Both the position numbers and the translations under genes were made by a program. The notes under the pieces are model-generated. The model did not search any database. It saw only the letters and a program-made list of their open reading frames with translations, and was not told where the DNA came from. Of a stretch of DNA of 64,000 bases, positions 1-10,649 are shown piece by piece (position 1 is the stretch's first letter; each line of letters starts with the position of its first letter). Source of the DNA: an uncultured Gammaproteobacteria bacterium (GTDB taxonomy: Bacteria; Patescibacteriota; Patescibacteriia; SG8-24); contig CAZAOV010000001.1 of the NCBI GenBank assembly GCA_964486995.1, positions 15,697-79,696 on the forward strand, read 5' to 3'.

Positions 1-332
1 CCACCCACAATATCGTGTCCGCAGCGCTTCGCAATATCAACAAGCAACTCTACCCTAGTCTTCTTGGAAAAAATAAAATCATCATCCAATTGCACAAAAT
101 ACGGCGTGTCGATCTTTTGCATCAACGCCTGCCTACCATAACCCTCACCGGAGTCGTACGGCAGCTTAATCAAATCATGCTTCACTCTCGGTGTCTTTGT
201 GATGTGACGAGAATCATCAGCAACAATAATTCTTATATCTGGATAAAAACTCCGCACAGACAGCAACAACCTCTCCAAGCATCTTGGGCGCATAAAAGCT
301 TTTACAATAAACGTAAACTCTTGATTGCTCAT
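1..332 (-). CDS. Glycosyltransferase, partial. N-terminal ~110 aa only; the gene runs off the window start. GT-A fold with DDS...DDD (DxD).
   Basis: Reverse-strand translation from the ATG at 332 (MSNQEFTFIVKAFMRPRCLERLLLSVRSFYPDIRIIVADDS...VQLDDDFIF) is open to base 1. Its ATG overlaps the TGA of the upstream GT2 gene (ATGA coupling). Not in the ORF track because it is truncated by the window edge. Confidence 0.55.
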   Translation of the reverse strand, partial: MSNQEFTFIVKAFMRPRCLERLLLSVRSFYPDIRIIVADDSRHITKTPRVKHDLIKLPYDSGEGYGRQALMQKIDTPYFVQLDDDFIFSKKTRVELLVDIAKRCGHDIVG

Positions 333-1288
333 ATTTTTTTTTCTAACCTTTTCCTCGCTAGGTTTATGTCTCCTAGTAAGCGATGCAAGCCAGACAATCC
401 CGTAAGCGCAACAGCGTATCCGATATAGCTTTTCCAATTTTTTGGATTCGCAGTTATTGATTCTGCAAACTCCCTTCGCGCAGCACGACTATCATCAAAT
501 TTTTTCTGCATTATTGATCCCCATCTTCTACGTAATTCGCTTCTTTTGACTGCGTCGTGACGATAAATATCGCGATGCTTGTCAAATATGTAATATACAG
601 CCTGACGCACATTATCTTTAGGAGTGGTCAACGTCATATTATCACCGTGTATATAGCGTCTCAAAAGCGGTTCGGACACATTTGCAAAATCGTAATTCTT
701 GAGCAGGCGCGGCCATAAATCACAATCTTCCTGGTGTCGCAACTTTTCATCGTATTTACCTGCCTCTAGCATGGCCTTCCTAGGAATTAACACGCTATCC
801 GCACTTGCAATACGCTCTAAAGCTAGCGCAGCAAAAAAAGGATCATCATATTGCGGGGTTACCTTTAGCGTTTGCTCGCCGGACGATTCATCGATATCAA
901 CGGAATCGCTAGCAACTATCCCCACATTACCGCTGGGGTCGTTTCTAAATACCGCAATTTGCTTTTCAAGTTTTTCCGGCAACCATTCATCGTCTGCGTC
1001 GAGTGGTGCTATATATTCACCTCGCGCTTCATCAATACCCGCGTTTCGCGCCCCGGCCAAACCAACGTTTCCTGATAGGCTGACTACCTTTACTCTGGGT
1101 TCTTGGAGCGCTATTTTCGCTGCGATGCTTTGAGTGTCGTCGGTCGACGCATCATCAATAATAATTATCTCTATGGCCTTATATGTCTGATCGACAGCAC
1201 TTTTAACAGCACGATTCAGAGTTCGTGCTGCGTTATACGCCGGTATAACAACCGTTACCGTATTGCTGCTCTGCTTGTCGTTCTCCAT
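329..1288 (-). CDS. Family 2 glycosyltransferase (GT2)
   Basis: VVIPAYNAARTLNRAVKSAVDQTYKAIEIIIIDDASTDDT: GT-A motif at the N-terminus and a DAD motif. Confidence 0.85.
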   Translation of the reverse strand: MENDKQSSNTVTVVIPAYNAARTLNRAVKSAVDQTYKAIEIIIIDDASTDDTQSIAAKIALQEPRVKVVSLSGNVGLAGARNAGIDEARGEYIAPLDADDEWLPEKLEKQIAVFRNDPSGNVGIVASDSVDIDESSGEQTLKVTPQYDDPFFAALALERIASADSVLIPRKAMLEAGKYDEKLRHQEDCDLWPRLLKNYDFANVSEPLLRRYIHGDNMTLTTPKDNVRQAVYYIFDKHRDIYRHDAVKRSELRRRWGSIMQKKFDDSRAARREFAESITANPKNWKSYIGYAVALTGLSGLHRLLGDINLARKRLEKKI

Positions 1289-1297
1289 TTCGATAAG

Positions 1298-2299
1298 CTA
1301 GTCAGTCCTTTTAGGCAGAGCCTCGCCACCATATAAACCATCGAGGCCGAATGAAGCTATAATTTCACGCGCTCTTCTTATTTGCTCGTGGGATAGCTCG
1401 CTTTGCCAATTATATATTGGCGACAACCCCCTTGCCACCGTACCACTAGATCCTGTCACTCTGCTGGGGTTACGTACAATTTTATTGATAGCACCACTCT
1501 CAAAAGTGAATCTTTTTTCTGACCAAAAAAAGGAATGTAATTTTATCAATTCATCCAACGGATTTAGAAAAAAATCCTCATAATAAATCCGATAAACATC
1601 GTCAAATGAAGACAGCCGTTTTAGTGGAACGTGATTTGTTACTGACCAATACATAATCTCTCGCAGAAATGAATCCTTTTTTGCTGCTGCAAGATGGTGG
1701 CGATGGTCGGACAGCACGTCTTCGACAAGGTGCGGCTGAGATAATGCTGCAAGCTGCTCCTCGGCGCTAAACCAGTCTTTCTTTTTCAGCTTTGATATTG
1801 CGACTGAAAAAGGATTGCGAATCAGAAAAATTAACTTTATATTTGGGTAGCGCTGCTTAATCAAGTGTGCGTAAAAGTGTGAAGTGACATCCTTAACAAG
1901 CACTCCTTCATGCGTATTCGTAAATTCACGAATCAACTCGCCACCATTTCCCTGATCAATTCTTCTGGTCACCGGCAATCCGGAAAAGATCCGCCTCCCC
2001 ATATTCTCCAGATATTCATTGTCTAGACCGTCCCTGACATAGGGATGCCTGGCATGTAGCTTGTCTCCAACAAGAAAATTAAACGGCTCAAATAGCTCTC
2101 TATAATTATTCTGCCAATTTATTAAAGAAGCGATCCATGTGGTGCCACTTCTAGCAGAGCCAACTAGCCATATCTTTTCCTTATAGTTGCCAAATAAGTA
2201 ATTGCACGTGAAAGCTGGTCGCTTAATCAAATAATAAAAACCCTTAATCGCAGCGGCCCTCGTTTTATTTTTGAGATAGGCGTATGTCATGGATTTCAA
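1298..2299 (-). CDS. PAPS-dependent sulfotransferase
   Basis: 5'-PSB-like motif GSARSGTTW and 3'-PB-like motif LIRNPFSVAISKLKKK. Paralog of 22607..23590. Confidence 0.75.
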   Translation of the reverse strand: MKSMTYAYLKNKTRAAAIKGFYYLIKRPAFTCNYLFGNYKEKIWLVGSARSGTTWIASLINWQNNYRELFEPFNFLVGDKLHARHPYVRDGLDNEYLENMGRRIFSGLPVTRRIDQGNGGELIREFTNTHEGVLVKDVTSHFYAHLIKQRYPNIKLIFLIRNPFSVAISKLKKKDWFSAEEQLAALSQPHLVEDVLSDHRHHLAAAKKDSFLREIMYWSVTNHVPLKRLSSFDDVYRIYYEDFFLNPLDELIKLHSFFWSEKRFTFESGAINKIVRNPSRVTGSSGTVARGLSPIYNWQSELSHEQIRRAREIIASFGLDGLYGGEALPKRTD

Positions 2300-2610
2300 T
2301 TAAAAACCGTCCACCGACGGCTTGGCGGTCATTTTTATCCAGCCGACGGATACCGGAGTCGATTGATCACCATCTGTTTCCCTAAGCCATTGCTGCGGTG
2401 CGATCACTATTTTATCTTTGTTGTGATTCAACCAAGCCCCCCACCAAGAAAAACTGCTTTTGGCGATTATGCCGTGCTTGCAACACGACATTAGTATCAA
2501 CTCCTCATAATCCTTAAGCTTACCGTCAGAAACGTACGTAATCGAATATTCATTGCTTAAATTTATTTTACACCCACTCGATATCGACCGAAAAAATGGA
2601 GAGCATATCT
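2300..2610 (-). pseudogene. Remnant of a GT11 alpha-1,2-fucosyltransferase paralog, C-terminal part only
   Basis: ORF 2300..2500 (MILMSCCKHGIIAKSSFSWWGAWLNHNKDKIVIAPQQW) matches the C-terminus of the intact GT11 at 4266..5150. DNA homology continues upstream to about 2600 (ctcctcataatccttaagcttaccgtcagaaacgta vs 4440..4480) and then breaks at the IS30 fragment. Confidence 0.6.
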
Positions 2611-2670
2611 GCTATTTTCCCTCGTTTTTCTTCCTTCTTTCCCTTTCTACATCCTTTCTTGCGTCTGTAT

Positions 2671-3123
2671 TTACGCTCTTGGTGCAGACGGGAGACAAGT
2701 TTTTTTGAGACTTCCCCGAGGCAGGACATAGACATATTGATAGACGACTTCGTGTGAGATGTGCATAGACATAACTTGAGGATGCGCTATTCCCATATGC
2801 CTGACGATCTCGCAGGGCGACCAGCGCTTGCGTAGGCCGGAGAGAACATGTGTGCATAAACGTTCTTCTTGAACAAGTCGACGTTTGCCATAACGACGAG
2901 AAGAAGCGCGACGTTCCGATGCTCTTCCGGCAGAGAATGCCCGATAGCCTGTTACGCCTACATGCCGACTTACTTCACGAGAGATTGTGCTTTTACTTCT
3001 ACCGAGACGCAGAGCAATGCTCGCCCGCGTTTCACCACGAGCCAGCCCCATGCTTATTTCATCTCTTTCACTTTCTGAAAGACGTTTATGCGCTGTTTGT
3101 TGCATACGAGGGAATAGTATCAC
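2671..3123 (-). mobile_element. IS30-family transposase, N-terminal HTH fragment only (DDE catalytic domain missing)
   Basis: LSESERDEISMGLARGETRASIALRLGRSKSTISREVSRH...WSPCEIVRHMGIAHPQVMSMHISHEVVYQYVY matches the IS30 N-terminal HTH region. The ORF stops after 150 aa, before any DDE domain. Confidence 0.6.
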
Positions 3124-3286
3124 CTCGTTGCGTTAGATTGTTAACTATAGGAATATAAAGCAACCAATACGCTAACAGAAACGCCCTTCTTGTTGAAAAA
3201 TAATTTACAAACCCAGCTGCAACAGTAGCTACGCCCCCGCCGGAATAAAGTGATGGAAGAAAAAATAAAATCTCTATTGTAGCGCG

Positions 3287-4243
3287 CTATTTTTTACCCG
3301 CAATCATCTTAACTATAGCATTCAATTTTCTAATTGACTGATACCGCATGGCGTTCCGCTTAAAGTGTTGATATGCTTTTCTTCTCCATTGAACACTTAG
3401 CCTTGCGCGATTTAGATGGGTGGGACAGTTTGCTACTATAAGTTTATTGTATCTCCAGAGCATATATATATACAACAATCCAAAACAAGAATCGGTTTTT
3501 TCATGCACATAAACCAAGTGGCGAGTTGTGCGCGCATCTAGGTCGGATAGCACATTATTCAAATGTTCAATAAACACCTTTTTAGCATTGGCTTTTTGTG
3601 CGTTTCTGTGCTGCTGAGAAATACCACCAGGCGACAGCCTCCACTTAACATGAACTTCATCGAGCAACTCCATGCCAAACCGCAAAGAAAGTTTATTCCA
3701 CAATCCATAATCCTCAACGTATCTATGCGATTCATCATACCCACCTAAATTCATTACGACATCGCGCCTAAACATTACCGATGAATGCGTTAAAACATTA
3801 TTAAATATGAGCCAATAAAAAATTGATTCGCGAGTGGTCGCCAGCGAATGCGAAATACCCAGCGATTGACCCTTATCATCGATCACCTCAACTCGGCACC
3901 CGATTAACGCGATATCAGGATGCTTATCTAGATAACTAACCTGCTGCACGAGACGCTCCGGCAAACTAATATCGTCCGCATCCATTCGCGCAACATATTC
4001 CCCCACTGCCTCCTTCAAACCTTTGTTCAGGGACTTAGTGAGGCCGAGATTGGTTTCGTTCTTCAGTACCCGAATCCGCGGATCTGGGTACGAAGAAATA
4101 ATTTCCGGCGTCGAGTCGGTCGAGGCGTCGTCAATTATCATAAGCTCAAAATCGCGGAAGGTCTGGTTGAGAATGCTCTCCATCGCCGCCCGCAGATACT
4201 TCTCCCCATTGTAGACGGCCATCAGGACCGTTACTTTCGGCAT
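3287..4243 (-). CDS. Family 2 glycosyltransferase (GT2)
   Basis: VTVLMAVYNGEKYLRAAMESILNQTFRDFELMIIDDASTDSTPEII...RMDADD. Confidence 0.85.
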   Translation of the reverse strand: MPKVTVLMAVYNGEKYLRAAMESILNQTFRDFELMIIDDASTDSTPEIISSYPDPRIRVLKNETNLGLTKSLNKGLKEAVGEYVARMDADDISLPERLVQQVSYLDKHPDIALIGCRVEVIDDKGQSLGISHSLATTRESIFYWLIFNNVLTHSSVMFRRDVVMNLGGYDESHRYVEDYGLWNKLSLRFGMELLDEVHVKWRLSPGGISQQHRNAQKANAKKVFIEHLNNVLSDLDARTTRHLVYVHEKTDSCFGLLYIYMLWRYNKLIVANCPTHLNRARLSVQWRRKAYQHFKRNAMRYQSIRKLNAIVKMIAGKK

Positions 4244-4265
4244 ATAGAAAGCTGATAATTATTTT

Positions 4266-5150
4266 TTAAAGCTGATACCATTCCTTTGGTATTAAATTAC
4301 CGATATCTTTTTCAACTCTATTAAACCACTTCTTCGGCGCAATGACGATCTTATCTGAATTCCTGTTCAACCACGCCCCCCACCAGGAAAAACTGCTGTT
4401 GGCGATGATGTTGTGTTTGCAGTAGGACATCAGCATCAGCTCCTCATAGTCCTTGAGCTTGCCGTCCGAGACATAAGTCACAGGGTGATCAATCTTCAAA
4501 TTCTCTTTGACCCACTCGATGTCGTCCGAAAAAATAAATAAGTGCGGATTTTCTACTTTGCTGGTTACAAATTTCATTGCTGCTTCGTAGTAAGAAAGGG
4601 AGCAAGTGCCGTGATATTCGTTCGTTCTTTTATCGCTGACGTAATCGCCGCGCCGCACGTGCAAAGATATCGCATTGCAACTTATTATTTCTTGAGTGAT
4701 TGCGCGCCCTTCAATGCTATATTCATCTTTCAATGTGAATTCTTCCCGAATTATTTCTTCGGTGTCCTTAAAATATTTTTCACTCTGCCAATAGCCGCTC
4801 AAATATATTCCACGCTCACCAATTGCCGGAGGCATACGATAACCACTTGTGCCTTCACTGACAACACTATCGTCAAACAATCCAAGCCTTCGAAGCAGAA
4901 AACCCTGTAATCGCTTACCGAATCTTGTTCGTCCCTTCCTTTGCAAACGATTAATTTCTGCCTTGGTGGCCATCTCAATTGAAATATTAAAAACCCCCAG
5001 CCCAAAATGGCGTTTAGTATTATTTTTTGAATCATCTAAGCCAGACAAATCGAGTTTCAATCGCTGACCACTAATCTCCGCCAAAAAACGTCCATATGCA
5101 TACTGAAACATTTGGTTACCTAATCCTCCGATTATTCTGGTTACTATCAT
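4266..5150 (-). CDS. GT11 alpha-1,2-fucosyltransferase
   Basis: N-terminal IIGGLGNQMFQYAYGRFLA, then HVRRGDY, then C-terminal NIIANSSFSWWGAWLN: hallmark motifs of bacterial alpha-1,2-fucosyltransferases. Confidence 0.8.
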   Translation of the reverse strand: MIVTRIIGGLGNQMFQYAYGRFLAEISGQRLKLDLSGLDDSKNNTKRHFGLGVFNISIEMATKAEINRLQRKGRTRFGKRLQGFLLRRLGLFDDSVVSEGTSGYRMPPAIGERGIYLSGYWQSEKYFKDTEEIIREEFTLKDEYSIEGRAITQEIISCNAISLHVRRGDYVSDKRTNEYHGTCSLSYYEAAMKFVTSKVENPHLFIFSDDIEWVKENLKIDHPVTYVSDGKLKDYEELMLMSYCKHNIIANSSFSWWGAWLNRNSDKIVIAPKKWFNRVEKDIGNLIPKEWYQL

Positions 5151-5176
5151 GTGATGCCACTAATAATAATCACAAA

Positions 5177-5908
5177 TTAAGTCTTGATAGCGCGAATTTG
5201 ATAACCAAAATTTAGCAACTCACTAGATGCGTCTCCTTTCTTTGAAAATCGGGCTAATAACCGTATCACCAACAACAATCCAATTTCTTCAAAAAAATTT
5301 GGCTTGCTACCACCATAATTAAATCCAACGCTCTTAATTCTTCTTACTTCTTGAGCCAGATATTCAAAATAATTTCCGTTGGGCGTAATTTCTTCAACCT
5401 TAAATCCGTTATCAGCGAGAATTTTTTCATACCAATATCTACTATACCCGTTTGCAAAGTAATATGGGGCAAAATGTGTTAGGGAACAGAAGGGTGCGGT
5501 AATAATTAACGTCCCGCCAGGTCGTAAAATTCGAGAAAATTCTTTTACCGCTTTTGCTGGTTCGGGTAAATGCTCAAACACCTCTATGCACATTATCACA
5601 TCGAACGAGCCGCCAGTTACCGGTATATCGCAGATATCTGAAATGATATCAAGCTTCGAATTGTCCCAGGTGTCAGTCTGCAAACCAACAGCGTTACCAC
5701 TGCCATCATACTTACCGAAATCCTGACTTGTATATGCTAAATGAGAACAGAACTTCTTGTATTGTAATTCTCCCGCCCCAGCATCTAAAATCCTATTCCC
5801 CGTGGATATGCGCTTTAATGACCGTTCCAACCATTCCTCCCGAGTAATCACATTTTTTGTCCCAACGTCACCGGACAAACGTTTGATAACTTTTTTTACC
5901 AAATTCAT
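5177..5908 (-). CDS. Class I SAM-dependent methyltransferase
   Basis: Motif I ILDAGAGEL, then post-I DVIMCIEVFEHLPEP. Confidence 0.7.
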   Translation of the reverse strand: MNLVKKVIKRLSGDVGTKNVITREEWLERSLKRISTGNRILDAGAGELQYKKFCSHLAYTSQDFGKYDGSGNAVGLQTDTWDNSKLDIISDICDIPVTGGSFDVIMCIEVFEHLPEPAKAVKEFSRILRPGGTLIITAPFCSLTHFAPYYFANGYSRYWYEKILADNGFKVEEITPNGNYFEYLAQEVRRIKSVGFNYGGSKPNFFEEIGLLLVIRLLARFSKKGDASSELLNFGYQIRAIKT

Positions 5909-6726
5909 ATAGACGACTTTCTAAAATAAAAACATCCACAGCCATAATGCTGTTTATTGGCATCCGCTTCAGAGGCATTAAAAACCATACCTACTTTCCC
6001 AGCATTATCGGGTATCAAATCAAATTGAACCAACTTAAAACCTGAAAAATACTCTAGAATTTGTTCAAACGAATAAATTCTATGAGCGTTAAATTGAATT
6101 CTTGGCTGACCAGAAACGGGAACTGCAATAAGCAGGGTGCCAGCTTTAGCCGTAACCCTCTTCAATTCTGCGATGGCTTTTAAATCACCGTCGGGATCTA
6201 ATTCATCGCCATATCTTCCCAATCCCACATGTTCCAAGGTGTGCATGCACGACAGTGACGCAATGCTGTCATCTTCGAATGGCAACTTCAATAAATCGGT
6301 CCTCAAACATTCCAAATTAGATAAATTCAACTTCACCGGACGATAGTCGTAAAACTTAACAGGAATGAACGCGGACAACACGGAACAAAAATACAGGGTG
6401 GACGATATATCAACGTGTTCCGCTGGTCTGTTCACCGAAAGAATCCGTGTCGCCCAAGCCGGATGATAGATGTAATGGGCATCAAACCCGGTTAGCGACG
6501 TATTATCTTTAATACAGGGATATAAATCAGCATCATGTAGCTCAAAGCGCTCATTATGTTTCGATAAGTTCCTAAATTTTTTCAGCTCATGCCTAAACAA
6601 AAAATGCTTATACAGCACCTTATTTATGGCTCTATATTTTCGATAGGCGCCCTTAAGTAGTTTGCGAACCGGCTTTGGTAATCTACCGATAACAGTGCTC
6701 ATCTTCTGGGTGTTGATTATGGTCAT
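5905..6726 (-). CDS. Hypothetical protein, possibly methyltransferase-like
   Basis: A 273-aa ORF overlapping the neighbouring gene by 4 nt. The motif LSCMHTLEHVGLGRYGDELDPDGD resembles the motif II/III region of Methyltransf_11-type enzymes, but no clear Gly-rich motif I is present. Confidence 0.35.
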   Translation of the reverse strand: MTIINTQKMSTVIGRLPKPVRKLLKGAYRKYRAINKVLYKHFLFRHELKKFRNLSKHNERFELHDADLYPCIKDNTSLTGFDAHYIYHPAWATRILSVNRPAEHVDISSTLYFCSVLSAFIPVKFYDYRPVKLNLSNLECLRTDLLKLPFEDDSIASLSCMHTLEHVGLGRYGDELDPDGDLKAIAELKRVTAKAGTLLIAVPVSGQPRIQFNAHRIYSFEQILEYFSGFKLVQFDLIPDNAGKVGMVFNASEADANKQHYGCGCFYFRKSSI

Positions 6727-6937
6727 ATTTCATATCTTGAACAGTGCATATATTACCGTAAAAACAAGGATATAGATCTGTATAAGATGGCGCTGACTAT
6801 ATTTTGCTCCGTTTAACATGATAAAGATATTAAATTAAAATCGCCACCTTAATAATACTCGGGTATAATATTATTGTATCAAACTAATTACTTTAATTCT
6901 TAGTCGTTGATGTGGTGCAAATACAATCGGAATAACT

Positions 6938-7885
6938 ATGACTACAACTAAACCGAAACGTATACTAGTCACCGGTGGAGCAGGATTTATCGGCTCTCAT
7001 CTATGTGAACGACTGGTAAATGCGGACAATGAGGTGTTATGTGTGGATAATCTATTTACCGGCAACAAATCTAATATTTACCACTTATTAGACAGTCCGC
7101 TATTTGAGTTGATACGACACGATGTCACTTTTCCTTTATACGTTGAGATAGATGAAATCTATAATCTAGCTTGTCCCGCATCACCCATTCATTATCAATA
7201 CGATCCGGTGCAGACGACCAAGACCTCAGTCCATGGGGCCATCAACATGCTGGGGTTGGCCAAAAGGACTAAGGCGAAATTCCTCCAGGCTTCGACAAGT
7301 GAGGTTTATGGCGACCCAAAAGTGCATCCGCAGACTGAAGATTATTGGGGCAATGTTAATCCAATTGGATTGCGGGCTTGTTATGATGAGGGGAAACGAT
7401 GCGCTGAAACACTATGTTTCGATTATAGGCGACAAAATGGAGTCAGAACTAAAGTGGTGCGCATCTTCAATACATACGGGCCACGGATGCGGCCAGACGA
7501 TGGGCGGGTTGTATCTAACTTTATTATGCAGGCGTTGCACAATGAGCCAATAACTGTTTATGGGGATGGAGAGCAAACCCGATCATTCTGTTTTGTTGAT
7601 GACCTAGTTGACGCGTTGATTAGAATGATGGGCACGGAAGATGAGTTCGCAGGCCCCGTAAACTTAGGTAACCCAAACGAATTCACCATCTTAGAACTAA
7701 CAAAAAAAATTATTAAACAAACTAGGTCAAACTCTGAAATCATTTTCAAACCCCTTCCTGCTGACGATCCCAAACGACGAAAACCAGATATATCATTAGC
7801 TAAGCAAAAACTTGGTTGGGAACCGACGGTTGGTTTAGATGAAGGTCTGAAAAAAACGATTGATTATTTTAGGGCGATGTCCTAA
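6938..7885 (+). CDS. uxs: UDP-glucuronate decarboxylase (UDP-xylose synthase), SDR family
   Basis: [19 protein letters not shown]...[12 protein letters not shown]...YDEGKRCAE: the typical UXS/ArnA-decarboxylase pattern, 315 aa. Confidence 0.8.
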   Translation: MTTTKPKRILVTGGAGFIGSHLCERLVNADNEVLCVDNLFTGNKSNIYHLLDSPLFELIRHDVTFPLYVEIDEIYNLACPASPIHYQYDPVQTTKTSVHGAINMLGLAKRTKAKFLQASTSEVYGDPKVHPQTEDYWGNVNPIGLRACYDEGKRCAETLCFDYRRQNGVRTKVVRIFNTYGPRMRPDDGRVVSNFIMQALHNEPITVYGDGEQTRSFCFVDDLVDALIRMMGTEDEFAGPVNLGNPNEFTILELTKKIIKQTRSNSEIIFKPLPADDPKRRKPDISLAKQKLGWEPTVGLDEGLKKTIDYFRAMS

Positions 7886-7989
7886 GCCAACATTTGCCCT
7901 CCTGATTTGAAAAAACTAAACACGATATAAAAGCATGGGTTCTAACTCGTGGTTTTATAGTCAGAATGAATAGCGGCAGCATATCTTCA

Positions 7990-8883
7990 TTATTTTTTTT
8001 GATTCATTTTTACGCAGTGCTTCATATTTCTAAGCAAGACTGAAAAAGAATTTCGACGCAATACCTTACCCGTCCTGCCCAAACTATCATTTTTTATTTT
8101 TATTGGTTTTTTCGTAAACTTTGAGAACCATGAGCATGAATTGTTTATAAGATATGCAATGTCTTCATCCGCTATCTGATCAAGATATGGCTCGAGTATC
8201 TTAAATGCCATCTCATTATTTTGTTCGCTTTCCCGAATCCAGTATGATTCATGCCCGTATCGATGTAGGTAATATGACTTTGGCATAACAACCATTTTTG
8301 TACCTGTCGCAAGCTGTCGCAAACCAAACCCCCAAGCGTCAAGTGCTTGTGCAAATTCTGGATAACCACCAGAGCGCTCCCAACTGTTTTTGGTATATAA
8401 ATAGTTACCACTAGCAATTGGGGAAATACTGCCAGCCAGGCAGTCTGCAAATGTATGCTTTTCAGATTGAAATTTCCAGACATGTGTAACTCTGTTCGGA
8501 CTTTTATTGAAATAATATACACATTCAAATGCTGCGGCATCGGCTTCCTGGCTATTCATAAATGCAAGTAACTTCTGAACGCTCCCTGGCATTAACAAAT
8601 TATCTGAATCGAGGCAGAATATTAAATCATGTCTGGCATTGCTAACTGCCGTATTTCGCGCCGCCGCGCCGCCGCTATTTTTTTTTTGATTGATAACGCG
8701 AATGCTTGAATATTTTTTTTGCAGTCTCTGCAATAATTCAGCAGTACCATCTGTTGACCCGTCATTAACCACAACAATTTCATCGCCCATCTTTAAATTT
8801 CCGTGCACGATAGATAAAATCGAGTCTGTAATATATTTCTCGTAATTGTATGTGGGTATCACATAACTAATATTTTGCATCAT
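7990..8883 (-). CDS. Family 2 glycosyltransferase (GT2)
   Basis: SYVIPTYNYEKYITDSILSIV...IVVVNDGSTDGT...LDSDN. Confidence 0.8.
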   Translation of the reverse strand: MMQNISYVIPTYNYEKYITDSILSIVHGNLKMGDEIVVVNDGSTDGTAELLQRLQKKYSSIRVINQKKNSGGAAARNTAVSNARHDLIFCLDSDNLLMPGSVQKLLAFMNSQEADAAAFECVYYFNKSPNRVTHVWKFQSEKHTFADCLAGSISPIASGNYLYTKNSWERSGGYPEFAQALDAWGFGLRQLATGTKMVVMPKSYYLHRYGHESYWIRESEQNNEMAFKILEPYLDQIADEDIAYLINNSCSWFSKFTKKPIKIKNDSLGRTGKVLRRNSFSVLLRNMKHCVKMNQKK

Positions 8884-9017
8884 ATAATGTATTTAATTTT
8901 TTAATTTAGCGTAGCAAATCCATGTGTAGTGTTCAGCCTCATCAATAAATGGATTGGGTATCTCAGCTTCCGCCGGTTCAAGCAACGGCTCCGGAGGGTG
9001 AGATTGGTTTATTTACT

Positions 9018-9908
9018 CTAAGACTGAGTTTCTAAGGTTTTCAAAACAAATGGGCACCATTTCTGGTATGCCAAATATTTATTATATACAGCCGTGGATT
9101 TTTCCCCCATTTCAACTAAGCGCTCAGGTGGTTGACCATCAATAATGTCCTCAATTTCATTCACGTCATCGGCATAGAAACTTATTTCATTCCAAGGAAT
9201 CCATTGCTTAAATGGACGCGTATCAACATCACCTATTAGGAATGGCACCACACCAAGCTGCATGCTTTCTATTAATCTAAATGAGCCACCACCATACCCG
9301 CGCGGACATAATGAGATATATGACTGCAATAATTTTTTATCAAAAGATTTTTTTCCCATGTCGCCATTATACAAATACACATCCTTGCGTTGTTCAAGCT
9401 GAGCGTGCATTTCACTCCGAATAGTGTGTGTATGATACCGCCCTAAGAAACAAGCCTTATATTTTTTTCTTGGAAATAATAAAAATGGTCTACGGGCTTC
9501 CTGCAACAATAAAGGGGCGTCAAATCCATTCTCTGATTTGCGTGATCCCAAAAATTGACGTGCTAACCCTATGTTGGATAGCGGACCGTCCGCATACTGA
9601 CATATCGTAAATGTGCGATTATCGTCTATCATGATTCGGTCAAGTTCTTCTTGCAGTTCAGGACGACCCCGTTTTGCATAATCATGCTCCACATGCCATC
9701 TAGTCCAATATATGGGTAAATAGTGCCAGTCTGCCTTACTAGGATTGTCTACCAACAACTCGGGATTATTTTTTAAATAGAGAAGAAAATCTTGTTCAAT
9801 GCCAAAATCATTATTGTGTGCAGGATAAACGAAACGTTGCACTTCGGGTTGAAATTTTTTTTTGCAGGGCAAAATGTGAATTTTCATACTATTAGTTAAC
9901 CCCGTCAT
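9018..9908 (-). CDS. Exostosin-like glycosyltransferase (GT47 family)
   Basis: The C-terminal motif YISLCPRGYGGGSFRLIESMQLGVVPFLIGD matches the exostosin/GT47 signature (F/YCLxPRG...RxxEaL.G.IPV). Confidence 0.55.
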   Translation of the reverse strand: MTGLTNSMKIHILPCKKKFQPEVQRFVYPAHNNDFGIEQDFLLYLKNNPELLVDNPSKADWHYLPIYWTRWHVEHDYAKRGRPELQEELDRIMIDDNRTFTICQYADGPLSNIGLARQFLGSRKSENGFDAPLLLQEARRPFLLFPRKKYKACFLGRYHTHTIRSEMHAQLEQRKDVYLYNGDMGKKSFDKKLLQSYISLCPRGYGGGSFRLIESMQLGVVPFLIGDVDTRPFKQWIPWNEISFYADDVNEIEDIIDGQPPERLVEMGEKSTAVYNKYLAYQKWCPFVLKTLETQS

Positions 9909-9938
9909 TTAACGCATATAAATTTTCATCCAGAAGTA

Positions 9939-10649
9939 CTATTTAATAAGATCAGCAAAAATATTCCCGTCCTCCGTCCGACTATTTGGACTTGGGCGAT
10001 ACTCACACGGTATTGCAGACGAGATGCTACTATTTCGGCTATTAAAAAGAATTTTGCTATATCCAACCGCTCGTGCCATCTCTTCGAGTATTGCTGGACT
10101 CAAGACGTTAAGATGGCCATGCCTATCCCACTCCTCAACAAACACACCATTAAAACCCTTATCAAATTCCGAATGACTTTTCATTGAAACTAAAATGTTA
10201 GGTGTATTGACCCGATGTACGGCCCCCGGTTTCATAATTCGCAGCATCTCGGATAAAAAAAGGAATTGACTGCGTTGAGTTAGGTGTTCAATAAAATCCT
10301 CATGAAAAATAACATCTACACAATTGTCAGGAAATGGCAACGGCTCCTTCGTAAGATTAATCGAATAAAAATCATTTTTCTCCGTTCCCCTAATCTGCGG
10401 CGGATAAAATTCATCGGTATAATATTGTAAATAATTCTCAAACGGACAATACTTCAAATCAATATTTATCCACCCCTTTAGGACACGGGGTCCACATCCG
10501 ATATGTAGTTTGATATTTCTTTCATTTGCGAAAATCTGATTTCGTAACTTGTTGATTCCTGTCCAGTGTCGTTTTGCCGCCATTTTTTGATCTGCATTTC
10601 TAACATCATGATAGATTCTCCTAATTTTTTTTAATGCATAAATTACCAT
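9939..10649 (-). CDS. Class I SAM-dependent methyltransferase
   Basis: KLHIGCGPRVLKGWINIDL (motif I), then RIMKPGAVHRVNTPN. Confidence 0.6.
   Translation of the reverse strand: MVIYALKKIRRIYHDVRNADQKMAAKRHWTGINKLRNQIFANERNIKLHIGCGPRVLKGWINIDLKYCPFENYLQYYTDEFYPPQIRGTEKNDFYSINLTKEPLPFPDNCVDVIFHEDFIEHLTQRSQFLFLSEMLRIMKPGAVHRVNTPNILVSMKSHSEFDKGFNGVFVEEWDRHGHLNVLSPAILEEMARAVGYSKILFNSRNSSISSAIPCEYRPSPNSRTEDGNIFADLIK

Noticed and set aside
15-428. Plus-strand ORF (137 aa) at the window start
   Set aside because: It is antisense to the partial glycosyltransferase gene (1..332) and the GT2 gene. It has no RBS and no recognisable motifs. The minus-strand reading has GT-A motifs and ATGA coupling.
5905-6726. 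Confident methyltransferase call for the 273-aa protein
   Set aside because: It lacks a Gly-rich SAM motif I. Only a motif II/III-like stretch is seen, so it is downgraded to a possible methyltransferase-like hypothetical.
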